A DNA stretch of 64,000 nucleotides from Klebsormidium nitens (taxonomy: Eukaryota > Plantae > Klebsormidiophyceae): NCBI GenBank assembly GCA_000708835.1, contig DF237444.1, positions 4,217-68,216 on the forward strand, written 5' to 3'. The notes under the pieces are model-generated. The model did no database searches. It saw only the letters and a program-made list of their open reading frames with translations, and was not told where the DNA came from. A program made the translations under genes and the position numbers. Shown piece after piece: positions 12,401 to 27,400 of the stretch. Position 1 is the first letter of the stretch; every line of letters begins with the position of its first letter.

Positions 12401-15400
12401 CGCAGCCCCGGCAGCTCGTGCAGGAACGGGCGCGGGCCCAAGTGGTCCTCCAGCATGCGGCTGCACACGAGAAACGAACAACAGCGCACCAGTTAGAAGA
12501 ACCGGGCACTTTTATGTCAACAGGCCAAAACCTGCCCTTAGAGGGAAGCACAGAGCATACTGCGCTCCTGCTAACAGCCCAAGCCCCATTCAATTTGTGC
12601 CCCCCCCAGCTCGTAAACACTCCAATTTTTCAAGCAACCTAATGAGATTCTGGGTTGCGAACCTCCTCCAACTCTAGAAGCAGCAATCCTGTGGCCGCCC
12701 GCAAGTGCAACCTTTGGAAGAAAATGCGAGTCGGAACTTCTCCCCGGGGCCTCACTTGGGCGGGAGGTGGAGGAGGACCTTGTGGTCGGTGTGGAAGCCC
12801 GCGACGGCGGCGCTCATCTCCAGCTTGTGCTCGAGCGTCATGTTGTACAGGTCCGCGGACGTCCCGGACGGGATGCGGCACTGCGCGTCCAGCCCGCTGT
12901 CCGCGTCCACCACGGTGGCCACCATCTCGTACGGCAGCGCGTTCTCGAGAACTAGGGGCGGGCGGAACACGAGGCAGAACTCCTGGACCGCGCCGGCGCT
13001 GATGAGGTCAGCCTCCTCCACGGGCTTTACTTGCAGGCAGCAGTAGAAGGGCACGCCCGACGGCGCCAGCGAGGGGCACGCCAGCAGGCCCTGCTGCTCC
13101 ACCAGGTGCGCCGCGCTCAATTGGATCACGTCCTTCTCCGCGCGCAAGTAACCCTGCGCCCACAAGAAGGATGGTCAGAATGTGGGCGTTGGCCACGAAA
13201 GCCGATGTTAGCGAGGTAGATGCGGTGCAAATGCGAAGTCAAAGCCTGCGTTGATCAACACCGGTGCATTGTTTCCTTTTACTCTTTCGGAAGGCCCACA
13301 TTTGGGACCTGACGAAGCAAACAAATGCAGTAATTCAGAGCGAGCCCGCCAACGGTCGGCATCAGGTTTGACGCAAATCCCACTGATACTCGCAGGGACT
13401 TCTGCCGCCGCTGCCATGCAACGTACTTTGAAGACATTCGTGTCAAGTAAATATTAGTCCGGAACGAACTCGAAGGGGCTACACTTATCGCTTGCATCAC
13501 AATGCGGCGACTATTATTGTGCAATCACAAGTGTCTGTTCGGGAAGACCGGGTATATCGCCAACAAAATTGTAATGTATGAAACACAAGTCGACCTCTCG
13601 ATCTCTTTCCATCTATCAAATTGAGGCGTGGGAGGCGGCAGTGGTGCCTACCTCTGCTTGCAGGTACAGCTGGCCTCCTCGGGCTGCCGTGATGGGCAGA
13701 TAGCAGGTGTCGCCCGACCGGAGAGGGCCTGCAGGCGCAAAGCAAAGATGCTTCAACGTTCCTGCGCTGAAGAGCTCATCTGGCCCAGCGTGACTCTGTT
13801 ACGAACCTCGACGCTCAGGAACGTGAAAGATGCGCTTGAAAACGATAACAGCTGGTTGGAACACAGCCGAAGAAGCCTCGAACCGCTGTGCTAGAAGAAC
13901 ATGGGAAGAAGTACCAAAATGACAATGCTTACATGCTTGCTATCTTCTAGCGCAGTTTCCTTACAGGGTCCTGGCTTGGTACAAGATCTCGTACCAACAC
14001 CGGACAAACAAAGCTGGCCATCGACTAGGCCGCATCCACGAAAAGCTGAAGTCAGCAGTCGACATAAAGTCCAGCACCACGCGCCGCGCCCCTCACCAAT
14101 GGCGCGCTCCTTGGCTGGACTGGGCACGGTGGGCAGGTGCAGCCAGAGGTGCAGCGGGTGGCTGGTCTCGTTGACGAGCTGCAGCGTGGAGTGCACGCTG
14201 AGCAGCTTGGTGCGGTCCACCAGCGTCACGTCCAAAATCAGCGGCACGTTCGCCTCGTCGTACGGCGCGCGCAGCTCCATCACCGACTTGCCCACCTGAC
14301 CACACCGCACGGCCACGCTCAGAACGTTCAGGACGACTATGGACGAGCAATTTTAGTGACCGCTTTGAGGCCAGCGGACCTTGAGTGCTCCTTGTGTGCA
14401 ACATCCATTTGATTCCAATAACGCGACTCTGAGCTGACAAGAACAGCCAGCTTGCGCAGTCTGGGTGCGTGCCGAACGAAACCTTTCAGAAACCTACCTT
14501 TGCAAACGAACAAAACCGTAGGTGCTGCCTAGGTAAGAGAGTGTTGCCCCTGACGCTCAAGGACTTCTTGAGACGTGCATACCCATTCCTGGACCACTGA
14601 GCCACTACGCTTGCAGCTTTGTTCCCCAAGATGCACTTGCCGCACTTTACCACCCACAGCCGCCAGCAAATGTTCTGATCCGTTGTTCTGTACCTCTTGC
14701 TCTATGGCAAATCCCGCGGAAGTATATGACTGTATGACGCCCACCTTGTCGACCACGACGTCGTTGACGGGCGCCCAGTTGCCGCGCAGCTGCACGGAGA
14801 TGGTGCGCGCGCGGACCTTGCGCGAGTCGCGCAGCGTCACCACCTTCTCCACCGGCTCCACCGCCAGCGGCAAGTCCTCGCCCGGCGCCACCTGGTGCGA
14901 CCGCCGCTCGCCGCTCTCCTCCTCTGCAGGGACACATCAAAGAAGGTCCATTCATGGACATCGTGTGCAAAGGCAGGGGATCGCGGACAATGGAACAGAG
15001 AACGTATCCGGTGTCTAGAACCTCAGCCAAAAGTCAACCAGATGCGATTGGGAAGTAGAAATCTCGCATAAATGAGAGGGCGTCAAACTGTGGGTCCGGC
15101 AAGAGCAGGTGAGTGGTCTTTGTGCCATAAAACGTTTCACCTCAGGCAAATTCGAAGAAGGGATGTTGAGCCCTAGTCCAGTCATCTTTTCCCTCTCCTC
15201 TAGCATACGGCCGAGAAAGTGAAAAGCGGCCGTTGTGCCTGTGCGGAAATTGCGCTCACCTGCCCAGTAGAAAAGGGCGAGGCCGGTCTGGTTGATGATC
15301 CGGTATCGCGACAAGTGTGTTTGCTCGTCCTCCTTGATGGGGGCCACCGCCCGCACCGGGTAGCTCTGCACGGAACGTGGCCACGGCATCTTCGCTGCGC

Positions 15401-18400
15401 ACAACTCGACAATTGAACGAATCCAAGTCGTTGCTTAATGCAAACCGAAGGGCATGGACAGGCAAAAGCTGGTTGTGCACGATTGCAGTATGCTTTGGAG
15501 AAAGAATTAGCGTAGAAGCAGCACACCGGGCGAGAGATGGCCTGCCAGAGTTGCGCTTCCCTTACCCTGCGTCCTGAGGTGCTGTTGCGAGACAGTTTCC
15601 GGGGGCGCATAGTCTGTGACCGGAGACGCTGCATAAAAGAGCGAGGGAGCACTAGCATTAGGGGACCGTGAAAAGCTTTCGTTAAGTCAACACAGACCAT
15701 CGCCTCTGGACGATGGCAAGTTACGCTCCAAAGTGACGGTTTCAAACATGAAGATCAGGAATCAAAATGTATAACAGTGGCACCCTGCATTCAACTTGTT
15801 GTTGGCAACATCTAGACCAGTCCGGTCTCACCGCGCTTTCTCCTCACAAAGGTTCAGTGGATCAAGCTTCGGCGGTGTGGCGCTCACCTTGGCATCAAAG
15901 CCGTCAAGTTCTTTGTCTCTCCCCGAGCCCGCCTGGCGGCCGCTCTGATCCGGGGACTGCACAGCGCTGAACTCGGAACCGATCTGGGAGACCACCGAGT
16001 CTTGCAGCCGCAAGCTGCGGCGAGAGATGCCAGGCTGCGCAATAGGAGCCAGCCAGTCAGTCGAAGGTTATCCACCAGCGCACACGTGGCCTCAAGCACA
16101 GACTCTAGGCCGGAAGAGGTGCCCCTACAGACTTGTCGCAGTTCGGTAAAGTTTGAGGGAGCGCGGCCTCAAAGTAGGCCCGTTGCATCAGCGCCTGAGC
16201 AGATTCTGCAAACCGACAGCAGGAGGTCCACTGCCTCGCCGCTCGCGCCCCTGTTGGGTCCTCAAACCAAAGCAGATCGCACTTTCGAGCTCCATACGCA
16301 GCGTTTTGCGCTTAGCAACAGTTTGACTCACGACTTGGAGGGGCTCGCGCGGCGGCCCCCAGAAGCCCGCCAGCTTGGCCTGCAGCTCTTTTGCATAGCT
16401 CAGCGCGTCGCCCAGCGACAGCAGCTGCACCGGGCTGACCGTGCAGCTCATGGCCTCGCTCGACGACACCGCCACCTGCGCGCCACCCGCCGCCGCCTTC
16501 ATGTCCACCACCACCGGCCACGGCTCCAGAATCGCTTCCATCTCCTGTGAGCGCACAGGCACGGGGGTGACGTCAGAGAGGACACGCAGTGACGCTGCGC
16601 CAACACTTAGCTCCCGAGGATGTTAGTCTGCATTTCATATGCAACATGTTCAAGCCTTGAGCAGGCTATGTTGGCCATTGAGAAAGAGGAAACAGCGAAG
16701 TTAGAGAGAGCATCCGATGGTTTAACACCCAAGAGTTGTGACAAATCTCTTCGAAACCAGAAGAACGAGACATTGGAGAATTCACTCTTTTGAAGGCAAT
16801 GTATCCCGGGCGGGCGTTCAAGGGTTCAGACATGAACGAGTCAAATACAGGCAAAGGGATTCAACAGCCCACCTGCTTAAAAGGGCAAAACGCTAAAATC
16901 TTCAGCTCTAGCATCCACTCCTTGACTTCCTGGCAATGTTTGCCCGTGCCCACTGACCTCGACTGCGCTGTTGAGGTAGTCGACTGCGAGGTTCATCTTG
17001 AGCAGGCCGAGCTGCGTGGCATCGCGACCCCGCAGCAGGCGCTCCCGCTTCAAATACAGGTCCACCGACCCCAGCCGCACCGACAACACGTTGGCAGCCG
17101 CGCCCAGCCTGGACGAAAAGCAGCCAGACAGCAACTCTTAAACCTTTGTAAGGAGGGGAAACCAGCGTCCGCGTGCTTGTTAGCAGGCCGGATCCGCCAA
17201 TGAGCGAACTCGGCAATACTGATAGAAGCGCTTGTGCAGCCATTGCCAAAGCCGTGATTACTACGCCGTGCCCACCACGATGAATGAACTCCAGTACGAT
17301 AGATAGACTTTAAAGGTAAGCAGCAAGAAGTGGAGGCCGCCTCTCGGGAAAGCATACAAAGGTAGCGCCCTTTCCGTTGCTGCACGTCTCAGCCAACATG
17401 CGTTTCCGCTCACCTGTCATCGCAGAGGGCTGCTCGGAAGTCTCCAATGGTGACCTTGAAGTCATGAGCGGAGGGGAGAAAGGGGGTGGCCAGCGCGGCA
17501 AGCTCGGCCGTAGCTGACTCACACCCCAGCTCGGACAGCCGTTGCCGCAGAACCTTGGCCACATCCGTCAGCAGGGGCACGTGCTGCGCCAGACAACGGG
17601 GTGGGTGTGAGCTTGTGACCCCATTTTAGCGCTCTGGGAAGCGGCACCAGGTGGGCATGGCCAAGAGCGGTGAGTTTCGCCCATACCTAAAATACAAACG
17701 ATGTTGCTTACATCACCGGAATGAGGAGAACGAAATGACGGCCGAGAAGTGCCGCACACAAGCGGACCATCCCCCTTTGCTCACACTTGACGAGAGCTAT
17801 CGTCCAGTACGCATAGCTTGCTGAGAGAGAGCGTACCGAGTAAACGGCATGCAGCGCGATGGCGTTGTTCTTGGGGAAATCGCCATCGCGCAGGACCTCC
17901 ACTGCGGTGGACGCCAGCAGGCGGCGGTCCACGGGCGCCTTGGGGCACCGGATCGTCGACCGCACGCGCACCGTGGTGGGACCCAGGAACAGGCTCTGGG
18001 CAAACGCCTGCGCAGAGGTTATTTTCGGGCTGTGAGCGACGTCAGGGACGTGGTTCTGTACTAAAATCGCACTGGCGCCTAAGGTAATCTCGGCTTTGTC
18101 CAAAGCAGGTGCAAAGCCTCAAAGAGGGCTCTCGTCGCGTGTCAAAAGCGGTGCAATTTGGATTGGCGGCCAGCAAACATATGCAGACGTTCTGGAAGCG
18201 CAAGCCTCGGCTCATCTGTTTGGGGGTCATGTGATCAATCTTTTGACCTTATTCGAGCGCTGAATCTGGTCGCTACAACTGCCAATCTCCAATCGAACCC
18301 TGGCAATCCACAAAGATGAGCAGAATGAGTCTCGACTTGGGGATGTTGTTCGACTCCACGGTTTTCCTCGTTCTGTGAACATCCCTTTCCTAACCTGGTC

Positions 18401-21400
18401 TTCGTCGACTACGTGCGCCTGCGCGTTGATGAGGTCCAGCTTGACGTTCTTCTCCCCGTCGCCGCCCCAGAAGTAGCCCACCCGCAGGTAGTCCGCCATG
18501 AACAGAATGCCCCGCTGCGTCAGCTGCGTCAGCACGTTGTCTAGTTCGTCGGTCCACACGCCAAAGCCCGGCAAAAACTCGCGCACAGCATCGGCGGATT
18601 GCGCCTTCTCGGCCGCGATAGCGTCTAGAACTTCCTGTGGCGGACGGGGCTCGACGGGGCCGTTCAGAACCGGGAAGAAGGTCTCGCGGTCCTGCGTCAG
18701 AGGGAGAGCCAATGATGGAGAAGGCGGGGAACCGATTATTAAGTTCGTGACTGAATCCTGCCACTGGAGACAAGTTCCTCGAGGGCATATGGCCTGCCTC
18801 GGAATCTAACTTCAAGAAAGCGGAGCCTTTGGTAACGTTGCTCTACACATAATGTCTATCTTTGCACTTGGGGCCAGAAAAAGATATTGGGCCACCGAGT
18901 GTTTGCCCGCCCAGTAGACCTCTGGTTCAAGTCTTGCTGACTGCCATCAATACCGGCTGGCTGCTTACCTTGAATATGACATTTACATAGAACCACGCGT
19001 CGGGGCGCAAATCCTGGGGGCCAAGGGCGCACGTGGGCGCCATGAAGTAGCGCGTGAACACCTCCTGCGAAACGATTCTCGCGCTCTCAGCCAGAGACCA
19101 GCATTGACAAACAGGCTATCGGTGCATCGACGTCGATTTTCAGCCTTCCAAGGTAAGACCGCTTCCAAATCTGAAAAGGTAGTTTGTGACGGAAGCAAGC
19201 ACACACAAGCGCCCCGTTTCTCTTATTGGGACTCCTACACGAAATCAGTCATTGCAGGACCTCGTGTGACTGCTCACGATGATGCCCTGTATGAAGCCGC
19301 AGTCGTTGAGGTGTGGCCACATCTGCGCGTCCTGCAGGAACGTGATCTCCATGGCGTGCGTGCCGTTGGCCTTGATCGTGTAGTTGTAGATGAAGTGATC
19401 CACGCTGGCGCCGGGCGGCTCGCGCGGGGGTTGGTTACCGCAGACCTTGGTGCGGAAGCGGTTGTTGGGGCACTCGACAAGGACGATCTGCAGGGAAGCG
19501 GCGCAGGTGGGAAGGTTAGTGGACTGACGCGAATAGCGGACGGGCAGCAACGCAAGTGATTGCTGCTGGAACGAGGCTAGCACTACAAATGATCCCATGC
19601 TCAGAAAACATTAATGGCTTCTAGTGATCTCGGGCTATTGCTCTGATCAGCACAGGAAGCAGGAAATAGAATGAGAAGAGATGCTTACGTCAGTTGCGCT
19701 GAAGCGCTTGAACCTCTCGTCAGTGATGCGCAGGCCCGCCGACTTGACCACAATCTGCAGGAACTGGAGCCACCGAGAAGAGGGCAGTTGTCAGTACACC
19801 ATGAGGGGCAGCAACTCAAGTGTTGGGCGCTCAAGGTATGGACAGCAAACCAGTTCTGCTGTCAGGTCTAGGAGGTTGCAACTCATATTGTAAAGCATAA
19901 CCGTTGCTCAATGTTGCTGGCGTCAAATGAGGGACGCAAAACAGGAGAGGTGCGAGTGTGCATGCCATAACAATCAGCATCGTTGGTATCTCACCTCAGA
20001 CTTGGTGGGCGGAAAAAATTCAGAGATGACAACTGCGCACGAAGTCAAGGTGACAATCGCCAGCGGGTCCGCGAACCTGCAGACAATCGCACTTTCAGCA
20101 TTTGGCCATGCAAATCCGCTGAACGTCTAATGGGTCTAATGATAACGACATAAACAAGTTACTAATGCCGGCTTGTGGAAGACTTTGCGCTTTGAACCGC
20201 TGTCATTTGACTAGCTGTACAAAGGCCGACATGTTCAGCTTCTCTAGGCAGGTTGGGACTCACGCCCACACGCTATGATCTGTGCACTAGCGTACAGACG
20301 AAACACTCTGCAACCAGAAGTACGCCTCAGGGAGCAGTCTTTTCTTTCAACAGCGCACAACAGGCAATAACGAGTAAAGTGGACTGGAAGTACTACAAGG
20401 AGCGCGCGCTCACCCCTGGTGGATTGGCTCGGGCGTCCTTTCGATGACGACCGCAGCGTGGCCCAGCTCGAAGAGGAGCTCCCACGTGGCGGGCACTTCC
20501 GGGGGCGGCTCCAGGTCCTGCTGCGCGTCCCGCAGGAAGCGGCCGGACGGCTGGCCCACCAACGACGGCTCCCGCGACATGTCTGCGCCCAGAGGGGAAG
20601 GATGATTTAAACTCAGGCCTGGAACGGGCCTGTCCTCTGGCTTGATTTAAGCAACCACTTTGGAGTCATTAAGGGCGCGGGCATAAGCGAGTGTGAAAAC
20701 GAATAACCGGAACTGAGAAACAGGGAACGGTTGATCTTTGCAATGGTGCGGTGCGCCAAACACGTCTCAATGACACCCTCAGTCTTTTACAAGGCTCCTG
20801 ATGGGTTGCCGTTCGGGGCTCCTGCGGCCATCGTGCACTACTATTCTTAGAAAGGTAAGCAGTAGCTTAGCATGCGTGCTTGCCTTGGAAGGTGGACGGC
20901 TCGCTGCTGTTCTCGAAGATGATGCCCATGAGCAGGCTGTACTGGATGTCGCCAAACACCACGTGGACATCCGGCCACTTCACGCGCAGCCGGAAAGGGA
21001 CCGCCTGCAATTTGATCCGCGTGAAAGTCCATCAGCTTTTCAGAGGCAACTTTCAGGCGGCGTCTCGGCATGCTGCGCAATGGGTTTCAAATCTTAAAGC
21101 GGAAGCGGTTTTTCGAGCGCCTGGCCAGCATCGAACTGCTGGCCGGAAACGCCGCTCTCTAAGTGAGGACGAATCAGACCGTCAAACGGAACATGCTCCA
21201 AGTATTTTGTTGGTTCTGTACCAGGTCAGCCCAAAGACCTGAAGCAGAGCCTTTGAGGCGTGGCTCGATCTGAATGGGTGTAAGGCTCGGGGCGGCCTGA
21301 ACGCCGCCTGCGCCGCAACTCAACGGCTTGCTCAAACACGGGTCTGGAGCCCGCGTACGCCTGCGACAACACTGGCTGAAGCAATCCCTCACCTGGATGA

Positions 21401-24400
21401 CTGCAGAGATCTCTGCGCTTCCCACCACTCGTCTCTCGCAAACTTCGCCGTCCGGCTGCACAAGCAACGGAGGTAGTTTCATTCAGCAGCAGCGGAACGT
21501 TCGCCTTTGCAGCAAACATCTGCACAAAGCATCATTAGGATGCAGCCCCAGATGTCCCCACAATGATCTACAAGATCAGCCTTTCGGTATGTTTGATGAC
21601 GGCGTCAGACGTACGCAAGAGTTTGACGCAAGAACAACACCGTGGCTGAATAAGTTGCAGCTACGAGGCTCCGACTGTGAGTGGGGCGTCCTTGCCGTTT
21701 CTCGACGCCAGTAGACCATGGCTTCCGTCAGGTGGGCGGCTATGGTGCCCTGCGCGGCCGGAGCGCCCTCAAAGTTCTCCCACAACGGGTCGTCCGCCCA
21801 GTCCGCGCCCAGGTGACACTTGGCAGCGCTGCAGCGACCGGACGTCGGGATTTCAAGCCAGCGCATCATTGGGATTGAAGGTAGTGGAAAGAATCTGCCA
21901 ACATGCACTTCAGGAGGGCAGATCAGCGGCTTCTCTGAGCCGCAGGTGATAAGCGTCAACGGGGCCGTGCTTAGCATGTCTCTACAGTTCACCAGAAGTG
22001 AGCTCGAGCAATAACAAGCTCCTCTACTAACCTACAAACCTAACCCACAAAATCACCTGCTCCAACCCGTAACCACACGAAAGTAACCGCCAAAGTAATC
22101 CTACCCGTCAAAGGCTGGTTAGCTTAGTATTGCTGAAGCTTTTTCTGCTTAACTGGATATTCATGTGCTTACCCGAGGCAGACCTTGAGAGCGGCATCCT
22201 GGTCAGCGGATGTGGGCAGCATGGCTGTCACCTTCTTGGCGTGCAATATGTACATGTCCTCCGACCACGAGTGCCTGCGAGAGCGTGGTCCCTTCGCACG
22301 TGATAGCACCTTACTTGTTCCTGGCATTCGGTCTCGGAGGCTCAGCGAAGCCCTGTTTCTCATACCGTGGAGTGGACCACTTTGATCCTCTCTTGCATCA
22401 GAAATGACGTGCAACATAACCTCCGCATCCACCAATTCTTTCAACTGCACTTTTTAATTTCTATGGGTTTGGCGCAAGGACGCAGGCGGGTCGGACGGGG
22501 TACGACTGCATTTTTGGGCAACAAATGCGCTTACCTGGGCATTTCCGCGTAAAAGTCGCAGGCAGTGATAAGAAGGAACACAGGAGGGGATGGCGCGGCA
22601 GCCTCCTTTGGAGAGGAAGCAGAACTGTCCTCGGACATTAAAAAGGCCAACAGCGTGCACTCCTGAAAGTAACGACAATGCGCCGTCTGTAAGGTCCGTA
22701 CTTGGAAACGACAAGCCTTTTGCAATCAGCAGGTAGTCCAAGCAAAGTCCAGCTTTCATCCAACATACGATCAGGCGCCGCTTACAGGTGTAATGCATGA
22801 GATCACGACGTCTAGTTGGTCTCCTGTGAAGCCCATTTCGGGGATGCAAAGAGCAAAAGGTTGATCAGTCCTCAAGGAGGCCTCCGGCAGTAAGAAGAAA
22901 ATGCGTTGGGCGCTCACTTTTGCGACCTCCCTGGTTTTTGCGATGCACTGCAGCACGTCCTTAATGTAACGCACCAGCACGGTCGCCCGCAAGTGGTGGC
23001 AATCCAACCACACCAGCGTCTGCAAAGAAAGCAGCGGGTCTAGTCATCGCAAGCTGTGCAAGCGACCCGAGAATCATTTGGAAGAGCAACACGGTCACAC
23101 TCCCCGTTTTAAGCGCGCCCTGCACAGCGACCGCTGCCCTGAGGAGCTCTTCAGAGTAGCCATCTCACACCAGCCCTGCTCACAGCTCAAGCTTTCTGTC
23201 TTGAGGACGTAAGCTGGGCACCCAAGACCATTGGGCGATACCGGTTCAAAGCGAGCTTGCCCCCACATTTTGCATCTTCGAATGCGATACAGACAACAGG
23301 AAAAACGCCCCACCTGGGCGGGGGTGTCGTCGAGCCGGGGTCTGCTTGACAGCTCCAAACAGACGCAGTGCTCGCCCTGACCACTGGGCCGAATGACGTA
23401 ACGGTAGCGGCTGCAGGCAACCAGCCAACGCCGGTGAGTCCGGAAGGAAAACCTAACACCTTTCTGGTGCCTATTAAGGCGGCGGCTTCAGTGTGCATAA
23501 CTCACACCCCAGCACAACTCGCTGAGTGAATCAATTTGGTTCCTTCCTTCTCGACCCAAGAGACCTCTTCCGAGCCCGAGTATGCGGACGCCAATATCAT
23601 ATTGAGCATTGGGCGGAATGCATTTTGCAACATCAGTAGCGCAGCAGATTGCTCAGTGTTGTGTAGGCTCACTTTGAAGCTGCCTTGAGATCCAGTAGTT
23701 GCAGATCGTCAACGTGGAGGACCAGGTCCGTCGAGTCGCCATGCGACAAGGAGCACTGCGCGAATGGCACTCGCACCGTCAGTTCTAGAGCCTGCAGGTT
23801 TGTCTTAAAAACGTGGAACGTCAAAGACACGGATGTCACTTATCAAAAACCTGCTCAGCGCACTGGTAAACGGGCAGCCGACGTCGCCACTGCCTCACCA
23901 TGACGTCCTGCACCACGAGCGACGTAAACGTCTCCCGCGCGATGGCAATCGTCAGCCTGACGCACGTCACTCGCACGCGCACTTGCAGCGTCCTCTCCTC
24001 CTCTTCCTCGCCCGTCCCGGAATGTGCCCCTCGGTGCGGTTTGTGCTCCTCCCAGCGAGTCCCCCTGTGGGCGCCCTCATGGGGATGCGACCCGTGATGC
24101 TCCTCCGGCAAGTCGTCTACGTCTCCAGGAAACGACGTGGTTCGCACCGGCTGCGGAGTCATATCCACATCGCGGTCTGTTTCCTCCTCCTCCCAGCGCA
24201 CCACGCGCGGGCCCGCGGCCTTGCCCTTCTCCGAGAACGCCCGGTTGAAAGAACCGGGGAGCGGGCCGCTGAACCGTGCAGGATGCCTCAACGCTGTCGG
24301 CGTATCGTCCCTGCCGTGGGGGTCCACGCTCGGACGACTTCCCCCCCCCAAAACGTTCCGCGTCTCCTTCTCGAGCGCCGCCACCGGCGCGGGCAGCTTC

Positions 24401-27400
24401 GGCATCGGCCGCGACATGCGCCGCACCAAAAGGTTCCCACTGCCACTCCCCCGGGGCGTCTCTAGCGGTCTCCGCTCAAGGGAGCCCATCCGTTGCATCG
24501 GGTCCGTGAAGAGCGCGTCTTCCGCCTCAGCAAGTTTGAGCGAGTGTAGTCTGACGAGACGCTCGCGGGAGGACTTCCGGGAGTGGGCCGTGAGCGGTCG
24601 CGGCGAAGCAGGCGCGCCGGGCGGGGGAGGTGCTTTTGGGGGGCTGTGGAGGTCCCACGCGACGCGGATGGCTTCCAGGGCGTGGGTGATGAACTGGGCG
24701 AGGTCGTGCATGCCCTCCAGGTTACTGCACAAAAACGTCGAACAGATCGGGTTCACAGAAAACGTTCATTTTCAATTACAGCTTCGGGACTGCTGAGAAA
24801 CCTCCTCGGTTGAGCATCGGTCAGCCCACCTTGGAATATAACATCAGAATGCTCAGAGAATGTACCCACCACGGCAAGACGAAGAGGAATTTGTTTAATA
24901 GCATCCCACACGAACGTGAGTATTGCTCACCAGCAGACAGGTAAGAAGGCGACATCGACGTCGATGTCGGTCAGGCTGCCAAGCTTCTGGATGCGAAGGT
25001 TCATCTGCAATACATGTCAATGGCGTCACTAAAACGGTTTCCTCGTCGACCCCCAACCTTCCCAACTGGAAAGGGACGACACCGTTGCCTTGATCTATGA
25101 TTGGCTCTCAGCGGTCACAATCGATGGTCAGTGTCGCCTTTCCCAGCATATCAAAAGGCGGCCACACTTCTTGAGCCTTAAGCAATGAGACAGGTTGATG
25201 TGCAGCTCCATGCTGACCTGTGCTTTGGACCGTCGGAGCGCTCGCTCTAGTTCGGCCTTGGGCACGTCGTCGGCCAGGTTGCGGCTCTGCTTCATGTACA
25301 GGCGCCACCGCTGAAACGCCTGCAACCAAAAAGGCAGTCAGCACGGCAACATCACTTTCGAAAGACCCCACACAGGTGACCATTTGGGTTTCTGAAGGAT
25401 GAAGCAGCAGCTTCCGCGCAAAGCAGTGCAGCAGACAGGGCGCCGGGGGAACTCTAAAATCGAGAGAAAGTGTGGCCTAGTAGCGTACCGGCCCCACATA
25501 GGAGCTGGTGAAGTGGCTCATGAAGCTCTGCTTGAGGGGCGGCAGGAAGTAGCGGTACGTCGAGTCCGGCTGCACACACATCAGCAGCAACATGTTCAGG
25601 CCGCTGAGAATAACACTATAAAGGATCTGTTACTCCGGAATTATGACTTTTCGCAAGAGATACTCCTCGGGCCTGTCATTCCAGTCAACATCTCCACAAG
25701 TCAGCGCGTATGCACAGCTTGTCTCCAATGCAAGCGGAAAAGGCGACAAAAGATGGGCGCCAGCAAGGTGTGCGCGGCTGTCTCACCTTGTCTCTCTCGG
25801 TCAGGTTCTCCACCACCAGGTTGCCGAGCGACACGCAGATCGCTCGCTGCACAAAAAAAATGGAACAAGTAAGACAGCTGCACAAGTCAAACGTCGTGGC
25901 TAGCTAGCAGGTGGCATCATACGCTCTTTGCCGAGGCCTCAAGTGTCCAAGAACGCTGAGTAGGCAAGCTCAAGCAAACATATGCTCCTCAACACAAATC
26001 TTTGCCGTGCAGGCTAGGACAAAGGTTGCGCACGAAGCGCCTTATTAATCTCTCCTTTCTTGCCATGGCGGCCAAAGCTTCTGAGTGCAGGAAGGGACAC
26101 AAGGTGCGCGCGCACCTTTCTGGGCCAGCGGTCGAAGCGCACGTCGATGTTGTGCATGGCGGCCCGGAAGACGGCCTGGTCCTCGCTCAGCCAGTTGAGC
26201 GACTCCGGGCACGTGCCGTACGGCCCGGCCTGGCCCGACGGGTCGAACTCCAGAAAGCGCACCGCGTCCAAGGAGAAGAGCGGGATCTGGAGGCAGAAAC
26301 CGGCGGCAGACAATGAGATCCTCCTTCTTCTTCATTGCCTTTGAGATCAGGGGATCCGAAGCTGCTGGTTGTGCCTTTGAACCTTAACTGACGTTTGCAA
26401 GACGTTTTGTGCAGAAGCTTCGTGTACATTCTGACAGTGGTTTTGGGGTCCCACTCCAATGAGAAAGCAGAAACTTCCGGAGAGTAACGCGTGGATCGGC
26501 GAGCGAGCCTGCGAACCGCTTGAGAGGAAGGAGGAATTCAAGAGGAAAAACCGAAAGGGACCCGCTGACCTTTGCTTGTATCATGATGACTGGTCCCTTG
26601 CCGCCTTTCGTTTGTTCCGGCGGCGGGCCCGTTTCCTGTGGCGTCAGAGGGCCCTCCATGATGTACGTGGCCTCTGCTTCCGACCGGTGGACTCTGCAGC
26701 AAAGAGAACGCAGGGTCTTGAACGACATCTGTTGCTCAGGTGTCAGCTGTGCACGTTATATAAGCGCCAAAGACCCCAGCTTTGGTCCTATATCCGCTTC
26801 TCATCGCGCCAGCCTACTGGTGCTTCACATGGGTTGGGATCCAGATGTAACCGTTGCCAGACGATCTTGAAGACACAGCAAAACGCAGCGGAATGCGCTC
26901 CGGCCCAAGAAGGAAGCAAGTCGTTTAACAGCATTTGAGACAAAGATCGATTGTGCTGCTTACACGGAGGCCAGGTGGGCGAGCTCGCCAAAGGCGAAGG
27001 GCGACAGGATCAGCTCCACTTTGGAGACGTCGACGGACATGCGAACCAGCTGCAAGAAGCACCGAACAGCGTATCAAGTGAGCATCCTGGCCGAAATACA
27101 AACCATTTTATGCTACGACGCAATTCGGAAGTCACGTCTTCTTCAAGCAAACCCGTCTGCAGATCATGCTCAATGTCGACGCTCAGAGCATCGTTCTCAT
27201 TTTGAGGAAAGCAAGAAATTCGCACCTTGGTGGCTATCTTTGAGACGGGCTGCCGGCAGAGGGCGTGGGAGAGGCGCAGGTGAACGCGGCGGATGAGGGG
27301 CACCCTGCACGCACAAGGAAACATAAGCCCCTCGACTTCACTGCTTCCATGACTTCTGAGGCTGCGCACTTGCGCTTCAGCTTTGAAGATCTAGGCCACA

